DNA from: a virus | DNA length: 64,000 nucleotides | Virus record (IMG/VR): IMGVR_UViG_3300047409_000266 | Coordinates: 32,529-96,528 of that record | Strand: one strand, 5' to 3' | Part shown: piece after piece, positions 63,955 through 64,000 of the stretch | Position numbering within the stretch: position 1 is the stretch's first letter | How the letters are laid out: every line of letters begins with the position of its first letter | Program-made: the position numbers and the translations under genes | The notes under the pieces: generated by a model | Told to the model about the DNA's origin: nothing | The model's input: only the letters and a program-made list of their open reading frames with translations | Database searches by the model: none

Positions 63955-64000
63955 TCCGGCGGACTAGAATACAAGTTGTGGGGGGGGCGGACGGCCGCCC

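Noticed and set aside
63955-64000. Terminator after the decoration gene
   Set aside because: A GC-rich hairpin begins but is cut by the window edge, so no U-tract can be confirmed

Overview
The whole window is tailed-phage (Caudoviricetes) DNA, probably from an alphaproteobacterial phage or prophage (an inference; no integrase, CI repressor or host genes are visible). From left to right: (1) a divergent promoter/dyad and an apparently catalytically dead serine-resolvase homologue, followed by a 5.7 kb array of about 28 tiny co-oriented cassettes joined by a recurring junction motif, one cassette being a tRNA-like RNA; (2) a leftward early/recombination operon (SNase nuclease, HNH proteins, NinB-like, Bet/RecT, Gp157, GHKL-like ATPase, XRE); (3) a Cro-like switch with three operators and a rightward replication block (DNA methyltransferase, RuvC-like resolvase, a repeat cluster with NrdR-box-like pairs, SF2 helicase); (4) a long late region with TerS, TerL, portal, many fibre/spike/lectin-like proteins, three glycosyltransferase genes, a SAM methyltransferase, two Pro-rich repeat proteins, scaffold and major capsid protein. 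The best-supported discovery is that the N4-gp56-like major capsid gene is split by three group I introns into four exons (59814-60079, 61269-61289, 61525-61900, 62835-63173). These include a 21-nt micro-exon and join to a continuous 333-aa frame. Intron 1 carries an antisense LAGLIDADG endonuclease and intron 3 a sense HNH endonuclease. All protein family calls come from motif recognition by eye, not database searches.
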